This document shows, piece by piece, positions 1 through 9,196 of a stretch of 64,000 nucleotides of DNA. Numbering within the stretch: the stretch's first letter is position 1; each line of letters starts with the position of its first letter. A model generated the notes under the pieces. That model made no database searches and was not told the origin of the DNA. It saw only the letters and a program-made list of their open reading frames with translations. The stretch lies in assembly GCA_011052815.1 (NCBI GenBank), contig DRIG01000095.1, forward strand, positions 8,943 through 72,942, written 5' to 3'. The translations under genes and the position numbers were made by a program. This stretch comes from a candidate division WOR-3 bacterium (lineage in GTDB: Bacteria > Hydrothermota > Tepidihabitantia > SM23-42).

Positions 1-615
1 ATCACCGGGAGGTGTCTCACCATAATTTTCCCTGATTGCTTTATAAAATTTGATTATCGATTCAAAATCATACCCGGCGCGCATCGCATATAAAATTCCA
101 TATTCATCGGCTTCGAACTCCTGCTGTCTCGAATACCCTTTTTCTAAAATCTGAACGATCTCCGAAGGTATCGCCGCTCTTTCCTCATCCATAAAATTTT
201 TCAATCTCTGCCAGGCGACCGAATGTCTGAGAAAGACATGTGCGATTTCATGACCGAGAATACCGGCAAGCATGGACTGACTCTCTTCTGTTTTCAAAGA
301 ATCCAGAAAATTGAGCATCCCGAGTGTTACATAAATAGGTCCGGCGGGAAGTGCAAAGGCGTTTACAACATCGGTATTCAGAATACGGCAGTCGAAGATC
401 GTACGCAGGTCTGACGCCCTCATTATTTTTCGGGCGATGGGCACAACACGGTTCACCAGGACAGTATCCGTTATTATCTCATTCTGACTTTCTATCAGCT
501 TCACCGCCTCTTCACTGATTTTTACGGCAAACGCCGGTCCGGGTTCGACCTTCTGGCCGAAGACCGGTATAAAAAAACCGACAAAACATATTAAGCACAT
601 CTTAAATATCTTCAT
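1..615 (-). CDS. M48-family zinc metallopeptidase with a signal peptide. It is partial: the C-terminus runs off the window start.
   Basis: The minus-strand translation from the ATG at 613-615 gives a signal-peptide-like N-terminus (MKIFKMCLICFVGFFIPVFG) and an HExxH zinc motif (GHEIAHVFLRH), typical of M48/BepA-like peptidases. The ORF track misses it because it is truncated. Confidence 0.7.
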   Translation of the reverse strand, partial: MKIFKMCLICFVGFFIPVFGQKVEPGPAFAVKISEEAVKLIESQNEIITDTVLVNRVVPIARKIMRASDLRTIFDCRILNTDVVNAFALPAGPIYVTLGMLNFLDSLKTEESQSMLAGILGHEIAHVFLRHSVAWQRLKNFMDEERAAIPSEIVQILEKGYSRQQEFEADEYGILYAMRAGYDFESIIKFYKAIRENYGETPPGD

Positions 616-646
616 ATCGTTTTACCTTTGTCTATAACTGTTTTCA

Positions 647-676
647 GGGGGCACTGCATAAAAAACCAGTGCCCCC
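647..676 (-). terminator. GC-rich hairpin (GGGGGCACTG ... CAGTGCCCCC) downstream of the 688..1392 gene. Likely the terminator of the CHAT operon.
   Basis: A 10-bp perfect stem, 12 bp after the stop codon of the 234-aa gene. G5/C5-stem hairpins recur after other genes in this window. Confidence 0.45.
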
Positions 677-687
677 CATATGTAAAA

Positions 688-1392
688 TTAATCCCAGAGA
701 TTCCAGGTGAACGTCTCGTCTTCACCGATATCCCGGTATATCGGACCCCAGAAATAATCGGTATAAGTACCTTCTCCATATAGTTTGGTATAACCTTCCC
801 AGATTTTATAATATGAATAATAACCCGGAGAAAGGGTTCCCTTGTACCAACCGTCGATATAGATATCTATGGTCCAGGAAGAATAATTGTTAACCCTGAC
901 CCAGCAATATCCTCTGGTCTGGGAAGCGACGAGTTCATATTCTTTGGCGAGCTTCATAAATTCATCGGCCTTCGCATTGTCTCCCAAACCGAAGATTGCA
1001 TCCTTATAAAAATCAGCAACCGCCCGGGCGAGCTTTGCGTTCTTCTGTTCTTTTGCCAATTCACCTACCTCTTCGAGCAATGCGGCGGCGGTGATTATGC
1101 TGCTTTTTTTACCGGACATCTTCTCTGCGCAGAAAAGAAGTGAAACCGCTGCGAGTAAATCATTACCGTCTTTCTGATGACGGGCGTTATCAATCATTTC
1201 ACCGATGTCACCCAGAAAATCATAAGTAGGATCGATCTCATCCTGAATATTTTTATACTTCAATTTCTCCACCGTCAGTTTTTCTGAACCGGTCTTCAGT
1301 TCCTCTCCCTTTCCCTTTTGGGCAAACGTTAATCCGGGGATAACCAGTGCGGCAACCAGTAAGATTGCCAGTATTTTTGTTGCGACTTTCAT
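688..1392 (-). CDS. Secreted hypothetical protein with a W/Y-rich C-terminal domain; third gene of the FecR-like/CHAT operon.
   Basis: N-terminal signal peptide (MKVATKILAILLVAALVIPGLTFA). No recognisable catalytic motifs. It is 94 nt downstream of the CHAT gene on the same strand. Confidence 0.55.
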   Translation of the reverse strand: MKVATKILAILLVAALVIPGLTFAQKGKGEELKTGSEKLTVEKLKYKNIQDEIDPTYDFLGDIGEMIDNARHQKDGNDLLAAVSLLFCAEKMSGKKSSIITAAALLEEVGELAKEQKNAKLARAVADFYKDAIFGLGDNAKADEFMKLAKEYELVASQTRGYCWVRVNNYSSWTIDIYIDGWYKGTLSPGYYSYYKIWEGYTKLYGEGTYTDYFWGPIYRDIGEDETFTWNLWD

Positions 1393-1486
1393 TTTACCTC
1401 CTTTCTTGATTGATCTGTTTTTATATCCCGGTAATCAAAGGTTGGATTGATGCTTATATATATAAAACAACCGTTCTTATTTGATA

Positions 1487-4297
1487 TCATCGCCAATCCC
1501 CGATTACCACAAACGGTGCCCAGAAAAACGGGCGATCGAGAAACTCCTGTTTCTTCAACCACCGCTGGGCATTGCACAAAGCATTCGTCTTATCTGTATC
1601 TTTCAGATTTTGATAAAATCTCATCATCAGAAGGACAGTGGAAAGATCACTGACCTTCCAGAGCGAAGCGACCACGGATGAAGAGCCGGCATATATAAAG
1701 GCGCGGCTTAAACCGGTGAGTTCATCGCCCATCAAGCCGACTTCGGAAAAACCCCGTAATTGACCTGTTTCACATGCCGACAATGTAACAAGGTATGCAT
1801 CGATTTCCAGATTGAAGATTTCCCGTACCTTCAGATAACCGTCGTTCTTTTCATCTTTGGAGAGGATAATACGCGATTCAAGAGCGGAATCACCCGGTGC
1901 AAGTTTTCCATGGGTCGCGAAATGGATGATGTCAAAATCCTTGAGAAATCGCTTTGCATTGGTTTCTGATGGTTGTGGTAATGAACTGTCGGCGTCGGAA
2001 AAGATTCTTAAATCAGGCAGCGCCTTCGTGGCGAGAATGGAATCCGTCTCCTCTTTTGTCCCCGGCAGAGAGAGATCAAACCACTCCGGGTGTTCGGAAA
2101 AATCCGCCTTGGCGAAAATAACCGCTTTCGCTTTCCGGCTTTTGTTCTTTCTCCGGGCGATTTCATATACAGAAGCCGACGGAGCGTAGAATATGTCGTA
2201 TCTGTCAATCAAGAGCGACAAAGGGTCTTTTCCAATGACGATTGCGGCGAACGGAAGATGATGCAAAACACCGTAGGGGATAATGCATAACCTCTCTTTA
2301 TTCTGGATTTCCGTCATCAACGGATTCAAGAGAAATGTATAGAACCATTCTGATAAAACCAGGAGTTCGTCATCAGTATAATTAACCCTGCGTTTGATTA
2401 TCTTACGGTACTTATCAACCTTCTCGTAGATCCGTACCGCCGGAACGTCAATCTTTTTGACACTCAGGCTCGTACTCGTAACGACAAAAACATAAGCGTT
2501 CTTCACACCGATGAAGTACTCAACAATCGCGGTGGCGTCATCCAGTATTGACTGAAGTCGTTTTATTTCAATCGGTTTTACTGATTTCAGAGTAGTGTAC
2601 TCCGGATACACCCGCTCCAGCTCATCTAAGACATTATTGTGTTCCATTATCACATCACGCTGTTCAAGGGTTCCCGCTAAAAATTCAATCTTTTTTTCGA
2701 GCATCTGTTCTTTCTTTATCAACGAAACAACCTCGGAATCCAGGCCTTCTTTACCGGTAAGTTCTGCACCGGCAAGCAGATCAAGAAAAGCCCGCGCCTT
2801 TGCCCGTTCTGCATAGTTGAAAGCCTCCTCTGCTTTTCCTTGCTGATAGTAGATGTTGATAAGCTCTTCGTAGACCCTTATCTTGTTATCAAGATATGCC
2901 GAGCGGAAATCCTGACCCGTGATCTTACCCCGTAAATCTTCAATGATCGCAACCGCGTCGGTCAAAGATTCTATCGCTTCATCAGGTACGCCGCTGCGGT
3001 GCTGGGCAAAACCAAGATTGGCAAGAAGAGACGCCTTCCAGTCTTCCCGTTTAATATTTTCGATCACCCTGTATGCTCTCTTGTAATCAGCCACGGCTTT
3101 TTTATAATCACCCTGGAGCACAAAGAGATTACCCAGATTGCTTAATACCTTGGCTGCACCCAGCCTGTCGTCAATATCTTGATAGAGTTTCAATGCCTTT
3201 TTATAATTCCCCTCTGCGGTTTTATATTCGCCTTTCTTCTCATATAAGACTCCAAGATTATTATAATAATGGGCTTCGCCCTGTTTATCCTTTATTAAAT
3301 CATTTGCCAGATCATAATAGTATAAAGAAGAATCATAGTACGACTCATCTTCTGTCGCCAGCAGGGTATAAACAAAACCGATATTCTGGAAGGTCTCTCT
3401 CTTCCATGTGATATTCTTCATCTTTTCGAAGATATCACGGGCACGAAACAGAAATGTCAGGGCACTGTGATACTTTCCCATAGCAATGTAGAGTAAGGCG
3501 ATATTATGGAGAAGCTCTCCTTCACCGAGGAGGAATTCTTTCCCGGCTTTAATGCTGTCGGCAAGATTCAACGCACACAGAAAATTTCTGTATGCCGCAT
3601 CGTATTCACCCATCCTCCGCTGAACATTTCCGATCTCACGATATGCCTCATAAGCGCTTTTGTAATAACGGTGTTTTAAAGAGAGTGAACAGGAAGCGGA
3701 AAAATACTCCAGGGCGCTGTCACTGACCGCCTGCTGGACGAAAAGAGAACCGAGGAAATAACATCCGTCGATAATGCCTTTTTTATAATCAATGGATTTT
3801 GATCTCTCGACAGCCCGAAGCAGATAATCGCTTGCATCTTTGTATCGTCGCTTTGCCAAAAACAACCTTCCGAGCATCATCAGAACATTGCTCTCGTCTA
3901 TCCGGTCTGAAATCGTCTTTTCCTTCACCCTGCCGATGGTCTTCAATGCATCATTAAAATACTTCTGCGCCCGGGATAACTCGCCCTGGTAAAAAGCGAG
4001 TGAGCCAAAATTCAAATAAATTTTTGCTTCACCGCTTAAGTATTTTTCTTTCTTAAAGATCTTCAGGGCTTCGGTATAATAATCGTCTGCAGCAGCCGGG
4101 TCACCGAAGCATAGCGCGATATTCCCGAGTCCTTTCAAACAAAGACCTCTGTCAATACCCTGGACAGTCTTCAACAGTTCAATATAGATGGTCTCAGCCT
4201 GAGCAAAATTTTCATTATAGAACAGGGAATCAGCAATGTCCAGCAATGAACCAACAGGTTCTTCTTTGGTAATCAGAAAGAATAACAAGAAGATCAT
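1487..4297 (-). CDS. TPR-repeat protein with a C-terminal CHAT (caspase-like) protease domain and a hydrophobic N-terminus.
   Basis: Many TPR-like repeats, then the CHAT His/Cys dyad signatures HFATHG and SACETG near the C-terminus. Its start overlaps the stop of the upstream gene (ATGA). Confidence 0.8.
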   Translation of the reverse strand: MIFLLFFLITKEEPVGSLLDIADSLFYNENFAQAETIYIELLKTVQGIDRGLCLKGLGNIALCFGDPAAADDYYTEALKIFKKEKYLSGEAKIYLNFGSLAFYQGELSRAQKYFNDALKTIGRVKEKTISDRIDESNVLMMLGRLFLAKRRYKDASDYLLRAVERSKSIDYKKGIIDGCYFLGSLFVQQAVSDSALEYFSASCSLSLKHRYYKSAYEAYREIGNVQRRMGEYDAAYRNFLCALNLADSIKAGKEFLLGEGELLHNIALLYIAMGKYHSALTFLFRARDIFEKMKNITWKRETFQNIGFVYTLLATEDESYYDSSLYYYDLANDLIKDKQGEAHYYNNLGVLYEKKGEYKTAEGNYKKALKLYQDIDDRLGAAKVLSNLGNLFVLQGDYKKAVADYKRAYRVIENIKREDWKASLLANLGFAQHRSGVPDEAIESLTDAVAIIEDLRGKITGQDFRSAYLDNKIRVYEELINIYYQQGKAEEAFNYAERAKARAFLDLLAGAELTGKEGLDSEVVSLIKKEQMLEKKIEFLAGTLEQRDVIMEHNNVLDELERVYPEYTTLKSVKPIEIKRLQSILDDATAIVEYFIGVKNAYVFVVTSTSLSVKKIDVPAVRIYEKVDKYRKIIKRRVNYTDDELLVLSEWFYTFLLNPLMTEIQNKERLCIIPYGVLHHLPFAAIVIGKDPLSLLIDRYDIFYAPSASVYEIARRKNKSRKAKAVIFAKADFSEHPEWFDLSLPGTKEETDSILATKALPDLRIFSDADSSLPQPSETNAKRFLKDFDIIHFATHGKLAPGDSALESRIILSKDEKNDGYLKVREIFNLEIDAYLVTLSACETGQLRGFSEVGLMGDELTGLSRAFIYAGSSSVVASLWKVSDLSTVLLMMRFYQNLKDTDKTNALCNAQRWLKKQEFLDRPFFWAPFVVIGDWR

Positions 4298-5250
4298 TTT
4301 CCCCCGTTGAGCAAGGCTTCGTACTGCTCAAGATATCTGTTTCCAAGCCCGGTAAGTCCGTATCTGTTATAGAGAATTGAAAGTGAACGATAAAGAGTCG
4401 GATTATCAGGGTCCATCTCCAGAAGGGTTCTATACTCATTTATCGCATCACCTATCAATCCTTTTTCTTCATATATTTTGGCACTTAAAAAGTGGACGGT
4501 AAAAGGATCAGGACTTTGAGATTTGATATTGTTCAAAATATCATGAAGCTCGTTGATGACATCAGAAGATAAAACCTTGATGTGCCGTTCAGCCGTGCTG
4601 ACTGTGTCATTATCCTTTATTGCCGCAATCTTCAAGAAATAAAATCCCGGTTTAAGTTCGGCTTCATCCTCAGGATAGGTCAGAATCGTATCAATAGTCG
4701 TTCTGCACCAGACAACATCACCCATCTTCATAAGTTGAACAATGTATGATTGAACATCTGGAAATTCCGACCAGACAATATCCGGTCTTCCCGTAAGTAA
4801 TGTACTGTTCCCTGGTTTATAAACGACGATATTCAAAGTATCTTCTTCTCCCCTTACCAGAACCTTTAAACCGCTCTTTTCACCCTCGGCGTTGAATACA
4901 AATAAAGGCGATAATATCGATTTCGTCTCCTGGCCCAAGCCGGTTTCATCGGGAGCGCCCCGAACAACTGTATCTGCAGGTGAAACCTCAATTTTTATAC
5001 TCTCCCCTTTGGTGAGGGAAAGAAGTTTACCGCTGTTGCAGTAAAGAATCGTGACCTGACCGTCGGTATCTGTTCTCAAACTGTCACCGGCGAAAAGCCC
5101 GTCTTCCAGGTGGGCGGGAATAAACTCTTTTTCACCGGCACGGTGAATCTTGACATCCCCTTTGACTGCCGTTATTACAGCAACCGCTTTAATCCCTTCC
5201 TCAACCTCATTCTGCAGGTATAATATCAAGCAGAACCAGAAAACCAGCAT
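4294..5250 (-). CDS. Membrane-anchored FecR-like domain protein with C-terminal TPR; first gene of the CHAT operon.
   Basis: N-terminal hydrophobic segment. A FecR-type beta domain pattern (VKGDVKI...AGDSLRTDTDGQVTILYCNSGKLLSL), then TPR-like helices. It is translationally coupled to the CHAT gene. Confidence 0.55.
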   Translation of the reverse strand: MLVFWFCLILYLQNEVEEGIKAVAVITAVKGDVKIHRAGEKEFIPAHLEDGLFAGDSLRTDTDGQVTILYCNSGKLLSLTKGESIKIEVSPADTVVRGAPDETGLGQETKSILSPLFVFNAEGEKSGLKVLVRGEEDTLNIVVYKPGNSTLLTGRPDIVWSEFPDVQSYIVQLMKMGDVVWCRTTIDTILTYPEDEAELKPGFYFLKIAAIKDNDTVSTAERHIKVLSSDVINELHDILNNIKSQSPDPFTVHFLSAKIYEEKGLIGDAINEYRTLLEMDPDNPTLYRSLSILYNRYGLTGLGNRYLEQYEALLNGGK

Positions 5251-5293
5251 TCATCTCCTTTCAATAAATTATATGCACAGGAAGTACTATGTA

Positions 5294-5321
5294 AGTATAA
5301 CTAATTTTAAATAATTGTCAA
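5294..5321 (-). promoter_or_regulatory. Sigma-70-like promoter for the FecR-like/CHAT operon.
   Basis: On the minus strand: TTGACA (rc of 5316-5321), N16, TATACT (rc of 5294-5299). A GGAG ribosome-binding site precedes the ATG at 5250. Confidence 0.45.
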
Positions 5322-5393
5322 TGATACCCTCATTTTTTTCCTCTAAAAAAGAAATTTTTGTGAAAATCGATGATTTAACTCCATTTGTTGTTG

Positions 5394-5421
5394 TTGACAA
5401 TTATGAAAATTCTAATATAAT
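5394..5421 (+). promoter_or_regulatory. Consensus sigma-70 promoter driving the tRNA Arg-Lys-His cluster.
   Basis: TTGACA 5394-5399, 16-nt spacer, TATAAT 5416-5421. This sits about 175 nt upstream of the first tRNA. Confidence 0.5.
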
Positions 5422-5596
5422 AAATTAAAAATTAAATGGTATGAGGCCTCCACGAATGTTTTTGTCGCCGTTTACAAAAACTGAGTGGAGAATAGGGGGG
5501 AGAATCCCCCATCATTAAGGGGGGTTCAAAGGCTTCCGAAAGGAATTTTTCGGTGTTTAAAAATTCCGTCAGGGAAAAAGGGGGTGCTCCCCCTTT

Positions 5597-5670
5597 GCGC
5601 CTGTAGCTCAGTTGGATAGAGCAACGGATTTCTAATCCGTAGGTCGTGGGTTCGAATCCCTCCAGGCGTG
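5597..5670 (+). tRNA. tRNA-Arg (anticodon TCT)
   Basis: Cloverleaf with GCGCCTG/CAGGCGT acceptor stem, TTCGAATCC T-loop, and anticodon loop TTTCTAA. Confidence 0.85.
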
Positions 5671-5675
5671 TATCT

Positions 5676-5749
5676 GCCCCGCTAGCTCAATCTGGCAGAG
5701 CAACGGATTCTTAATCCGTGGGTTGCAGGTTCAAGTCCTGCGCGGGGTA
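5676..5749 (+). tRNA. tRNA-Lys (anticodon CTT)
   Basis: Acceptor GCCCCGC/GCGGGGT, anticodon loop TTCTTAA, T-loop GGTTCAAGTCC. Confidence 0.85.
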
Positions 5750-5759
5750 TATAGAATGT

Positions 5760-5833
5760 GGTGAGTGTAGCTCAACTGGCAGAGCATTGGACTGTGGTTC
5801 CAATGGTTGGGGGTTCAAGTCCCCTCACTCACC
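5760..5833 (+). tRNA. tRNA-His (anticodon GTG) with the extra 5' G-1.
   Basis: G-1 followed by GTGAGTG/CACTCAC acceptor stem and a C discriminator. Anticodon loop CTGTGGT. Confidence 0.85.
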
Positions 5834-5845
5834 CTTTTTTTTCAA
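5834..5845 (+). terminator. T8 run immediately after tRNA-His; possible end of the tRNA transcript.
   Basis: CCCTTTTTTTTC directly follows the tRNA-His acceptor stem. Confidence 0.3.
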
Positions 5846-5870
5846 TCGGGGGAAATGGTAAGCGGAGAAA

Positions 5871-7034
5871 TCATCTGTTTTTCCGCCAGTATCTTCTTTC
5901 CAGTCGTTTCACCATCTCTTCACGTTTTGCGTAAAGACGGCGCAGAGGGCGCCTTTTGTGTTTTGCCAGCGCATAATGTACAAGCAACGGTAGAGCGACT
6001 GTCGCATCCAGATAACAGACTACGGCATCAGGCAGACGATTGGGATCGACCTTTCCCCAGGACACGGCTTCATGAGGAGTCGCGCCCGAAAGACCACCGG
6101 TGTCAGGACGGGCGTCTGTGATCTGGAGAAAATAATCATGCCCCACATCCGGAATATGAAGGATCTCCTGAATATGGGGTTCGGTCTGAAGCATAAAATT
6201 TTTGGGACTGCCGCCGCCGATGATCACCACTGCCGATTTGTTTTTAGAACTCTTCGCCGCATAAACAATTGCTGCGGTTTCATTGACATCAAGTGACGGA
6301 AGTATGCGTGTACTGAAATTACGAAGTCTGTTCTCTGCAAGGTGCATCCCCAGTGCGGAATCTCCGGGTGCGCTTGTATATACGGGGACCTTTGCCCGAT
6401 ATGCCGCTGCCAGGATTGATGAACCTTTGATATGATTCTTCTCTTCTTCACGCGCCGCATACTTCCCGAGCAGATAATGAAACTCGGCGCTGCCCATCTC
6501 TTTTTGGAACTCATCTTGACTCAATATCTCACGTAACCGCCTGTCTGTCTCAACCAGACAATCAGGATAACTGAGCAGAATATCATAAATTCTCACCACA
6601 TTGTTTTTCTTCAAGTCTGTATCATCAATATGATGAGTCCCCCTGTGCAGTTTAAGATTGAATGCGAAGTGAAGATCATGAAACAGATTCGCTCCTGTCG
6701 ACACAATCCAGTCGACGAATCCGGCATTGATCAAAGGAACAACAGCGGACTTCCCGAGGCCGGCGGGTGTAAGAGCACCGGACAAACTTAATCCAACATA
6801 AACTTTCGGCTCAAGCATCTTTTCCACATAAAGACGACAAGCCTCCTGAATCCGTGCTGCATTATACGCAAGGAACGTCTTATTGATAAGTTCAACAGCC
6901 CTTTCTTTACCGGTTATCGATTTCGGGAAGATTCTGGGACCTTTTAAATATCTATCTTTCAAACGCCTTTTTTTCTTAAGCCATTCAGGGCTGTAGTCAT
7001 ACCCTTTTTTATAAGGTATTCGTTTCTTCCTCAT
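5871..7034 (-). CDS. Deoxyhypusine synthase-like protein (DHS family).
   Basis: Motifs [20 protein letters not shown] and [11 protein letters not shown] match DHS family signatures. Confidence 0.65.
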   Translation of the reverse strand: MRKKRIPYKKGYDYSPEWLKKKRRLKDRYLKGPRIFPKSITGKERAVELINKTFLAYNAARIQEACRLYVEKMLEPKVYVGLSLSGALTPAGLGKSAVVPLINAGFVDWIVSTGANLFHDLHFAFNLKLHRGTHHIDDTDLKKNNVVRIYDILLSYPDCLVETDRRLREILSQDEFQKEMGSAEFHYLLGKYAAREEEKNHIKGSSILAAAYRAKVPVYTSAPGDSALGMHLAENRLRNFSTRILPSLDVNETAAIVYAAKSSKNKSAVVIIGGGSPKNFMLQTEPHIQEILHIPDVGHDYFLQITDARPDTGGLSGATPHEAVSWGKVDPNRLPDAVVCYLDATVALPLLVHYALAKHKRRPLRRLYAKREEMVKRLERRYWRKNR

Positions 7035-7073
7035 ATCTCTTCAGTAAAAAAACCGCACAATACGAAGTTCTCC

Positions 7074-7961
7074 TTAATAAGCAATGAGGTCTTCATCAAA
7101 GGAGCTCAAAGACCCCTCCACCTGCCAGATCCGTAATTTCATTTCTTTTAATCTTCCCAGAAGGTTATACATATCTTCATTCAGTTCCTTCAACTCGATG
7201 TTTGATATGGTTATCGGATCATGTTTTAAATGAACCCGGTGGATCGGCAAATCGGGAAAATTTCTTAAAAGACGGGGAGTCAAAATCAAGAGATCAATTA
7301 AGGTATACCCCTCTCCTGTCTTTGTGATCTTCAGAGGGTAAAACAACGACTCACTTTTGAATTGATATTGGATCGGTTCATTTGTTACGAACTCTTCAGT
7401 AAGTGAAACAAGATCAAAGACGAACCAGATAAAGCCGTCGGCGATATATTCCTCAATCAACTCTTGCATCTCAGCGGAAATTATATTTTTTTCGACACCA
7501 AGTGACTTAAGATACTTCGCAACCCAATCAACGAACTTCGCACCGTTGATAAGACGGGTTACGGAAATGTCATGGGCTCCGATTTTTTTGTGGAATGTCA
7601 CCTCACCGCCGGGAACGGCTTCCTTCGCACCTTCACCATTCCTCTTGCTCAAACCTGCTGATGAGGCGAGTTTACTGTTGATCAATGCAGTCGCCTTCTG
7701 GAATGTTTTGATATCTCCTTTCTTGACTGCAGGTTCAGCAGGTAAAGGAAGCACTTCCAGAAGGATGGTTGAATCGGATGCGTGAAGATCAGTGCTGAGC
7801 AGAAGAATTTCTTCTTCACCATTCCAGGCGATCATGGCTCTTTGATTCGGTTCGAAAATTTGAACATTGGGGTTAAGTGGAAGCAAACCACGGTCACTGT
7901 ACCCGGGTGAGAGAAAACCAAGCGTGTAGACTGACGTCACGACAAGGATTATTTTTCTCAT
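7074..7961 (-). CDS. Hypothetical exported protein.
   Basis: Signal peptide (MRKIILVVTSVYTLGFLSPG). No motif recognised. Confidence 0.45.
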   Translation of the reverse strand: MRKIILVVTSVYTLGFLSPGYSDRGLLPLNPNVQIFEPNQRAMIAWNGEEEILLLSTDLHASDSTILLEVLPLPAEPAVKKGDIKTFQKATALINSKLASSAGLSKRNGEGAKEAVPGGEVTFHKKIGAHDISVTRLINGAKFVDWVAKYLKSLGVEKNIISAEMQELIEEYIADGFIWFVFDLVSLTEEFVTNEPIQYQFKSESLFYPLKITKTGEGYTLIDLLILTPRLLRNFPDLPIHRVHLKHDPITISNIELKELNEDMYNLLGRLKEMKLRIWQVEGSLSSFDEDLIAY

Positions 7962-8097
7962 ATCCCATTATATAGAGATAAAAATAAAAGTCAATCACTG
8001 AATTCCCGAATTTTTCAAGAAACAAAAAGCGGGATTGAACCGGACGACCGGTTCAATCCCGCTTCTCTTTTTCAGGTTTACGGGAGAAAGAATTTAT

Positions 8098-8553
8098 TTA
8101 CTTTACTTCAACTTCTATCTGCTTCGGTTTCGCCGACTCCGGCTTCGGTAGTGTGATGTTCAACACCCCGTCTTTATAAGTCGCTTTCACTTTATCTGGA
8201 TCGACCTCAGAAGGTAACTCGATGCTTCGACAGAACTTACCGTAGTACCGTTCGATCCTGTGGAATGTTTTGTCCTTGGTCTCTTTTTCCTGTTTCCGCT
8301 CACCGGATACCGAAAGAATATTGTCCTTCACCGTCACCTTTATATCCTCTTTCTTCATACCGGGAAGTTCAGCCTTGACCTCGATATTTCCATTACTCTC
8401 TACGACATCCATCACAGGTGCCCAGAATTCTTCTTTTTCAATCGGCCCTCTACCGAAGAAATTTTCCAGAAGACGATCAAAGTCGTCTCTTAAACTCACT
8501 AAATCTCTGAACGGCTCCCATCTTATTAAATTTCTCTCTTTCATAGATACCAC
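8098..8553 (-). CDS. Hsp20/alpha-crystallin small heat-shock protein, paralogue 1.
   Basis: Alpha-crystallin domain (ELPGMKKEDIKVTVKDNILSVSGERK...). Strong RBS AGGAGG. Shares long identical stretches with the gene at 17156-17602 (~85-90% nucleotide identity by eye over the aligned stretches). Confidence 0.9.
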   Translation of the reverse strand: MVSMKERNLIRWEPFRDLVSLRDDFDRLLENFFGRGPIEKEEFWAPVMDVVESNGNIEVKAELPGMKKEDIKVTVKDNILSVSGERKQEKETKDKTFHRIERYYGKFCRSIELPSEVDPDKVKATYKDGVLNITLPKPESAKPKQIEVEVK

Positions 8554-8740
8554 CTCCTTTTTGGTCTCTCTACCCTTTAGACACCCCGGCAGCGGAAAAG
8601 TTTAGTTCAACAATACTGACTTTTGCTGAAAAAAATAAAGATAGCAATAATCTGCTCTGGTGTGCCGAAGATGCTGATGCGTCGAACTTCCTTGCGATGG
8701 GTTATTGGTTCGGATTTAAATTATGATTGGAGAATAAAAT

Positions 8741-8780
8741 AAAAAACAAAAGGGGGAGTTTACTCCCCCTTTTATTTTTT
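8741..8780. terminator. Bidirectional intrinsic-terminator-like hairpin: GGGGGAG-TTTA-CTCCCCC flanked by T-runs on both strands.
   Basis: 7-bp G/C stem 8752-8769. TTTTATTTTTT follows on the plus strand and TTTTGTTTTTT on the minus strand. It lies downstream of the minus-strand lysine-rich mini-gene. Confidence 0.5.
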
Positions 8781-8790
8781 ATAATACATT

Positions 8791-8931
8791 CTATCTCTTC
8801 TTTTTCTTGGTCTTTTTCTTGGTCTTTTTCTTGGTTTTCTTCTTAGTCGTCTTCTTCTTAGTCTTCTTCTTTGTTACTTTCTTCTTTGTTTTCTTTTTTG
8901 TTTTTTTCTTTGTTTTTCTTTTTGCAGGCAT
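8791..8931 (-). CDS. Small (~47 aa) extremely lysine-rich basic protein with KKKT repeats (MPAKRKTKKKTKKK...). An alternative start at 8943 would add MEVR.
   Basis: Minus-strand ORF missed by the track because it is under 60 aa. GGAGGT sits 4 nt before the ATG at 8929-8931. A consensus promoter lies immediately upstream and a terminator hairpin downstream. Confidence 0.55.
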   Translation of the reverse strand: MPAKRKTKKKTKKKTKKKVTKKKTKKKTTKKKTKKKTKKKTKKKKR

Positions 8932-8952
8932 TCTAACCTCCATTTGTAAATG

Positions 8953-8980
8953 ATTATAACCATAATTTTAATTTTGTCAA
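8953..8980 (-). promoter_or_regulatory. Consensus sigma-70 promoter for the lysine-rich mini-protein gene.
   Basis: On the minus strand: TTGACA (rc of 8975-8980), N16, TATAAT (rc of 8953-8958). This puts the transcription start about 5-15 nt before the start codons. Confidence 0.5.
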
Positions 8981-9196
8981 GACTTTTTTGCGGTGTAGTA
9001 ATTGAATGCTACTGTTTTATTTGTATCATTCCGACGGTAAATCTCCTGTTCTTTACCAACATTCATTAATATATCTTTATTTTAAAATAAACCTTTACTT
9101 CTCTTCTTCTGTCTAAATAAAAAATAACCTTGCAATTTTCCGAATTTTATATTAAATTAACTGATCTGAAGGTTCTGTCCATAACAGGAGGTAATC

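Noticed and set aside
688-1392. The 234-aa protein next to the CHAT protease as a bacterial gasdermin.
   Set aside because: It has a cleavable signal peptide. Gasdermins are cytoplasmic and N-terminally lipidated. Length and composition do not fit.
1389-1577. A 62-aa ORF overlapping the 3' end of the CHAT gene.
   Set aside because: It overlaps the CHAT gene, has no RBS and shows no conservation signal. Likely spurious.
8554-8790. A 237-nt gap upstream of hsp20 as a possible small RNA, ROSE thermometer or sigma-32 promoter.
   Set aside because: No convincing sigma-32 (-10 CCCCAT) motif, CIRCE motif or ROSE U(U/C)GCU anti-SD motif could be identified by eye. Left unannotated.
8800-8930. Tandem AAGAAGACN / AAGAAAAAG periodic DNA repeats resembling a microsatellite or a short CRISPR-like array.
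   Set aside because: The periodicity is 9-12 nt with no unique spacers. It is simply the coding sequence of the KKKT-repeat mini-protein on the minus strand.
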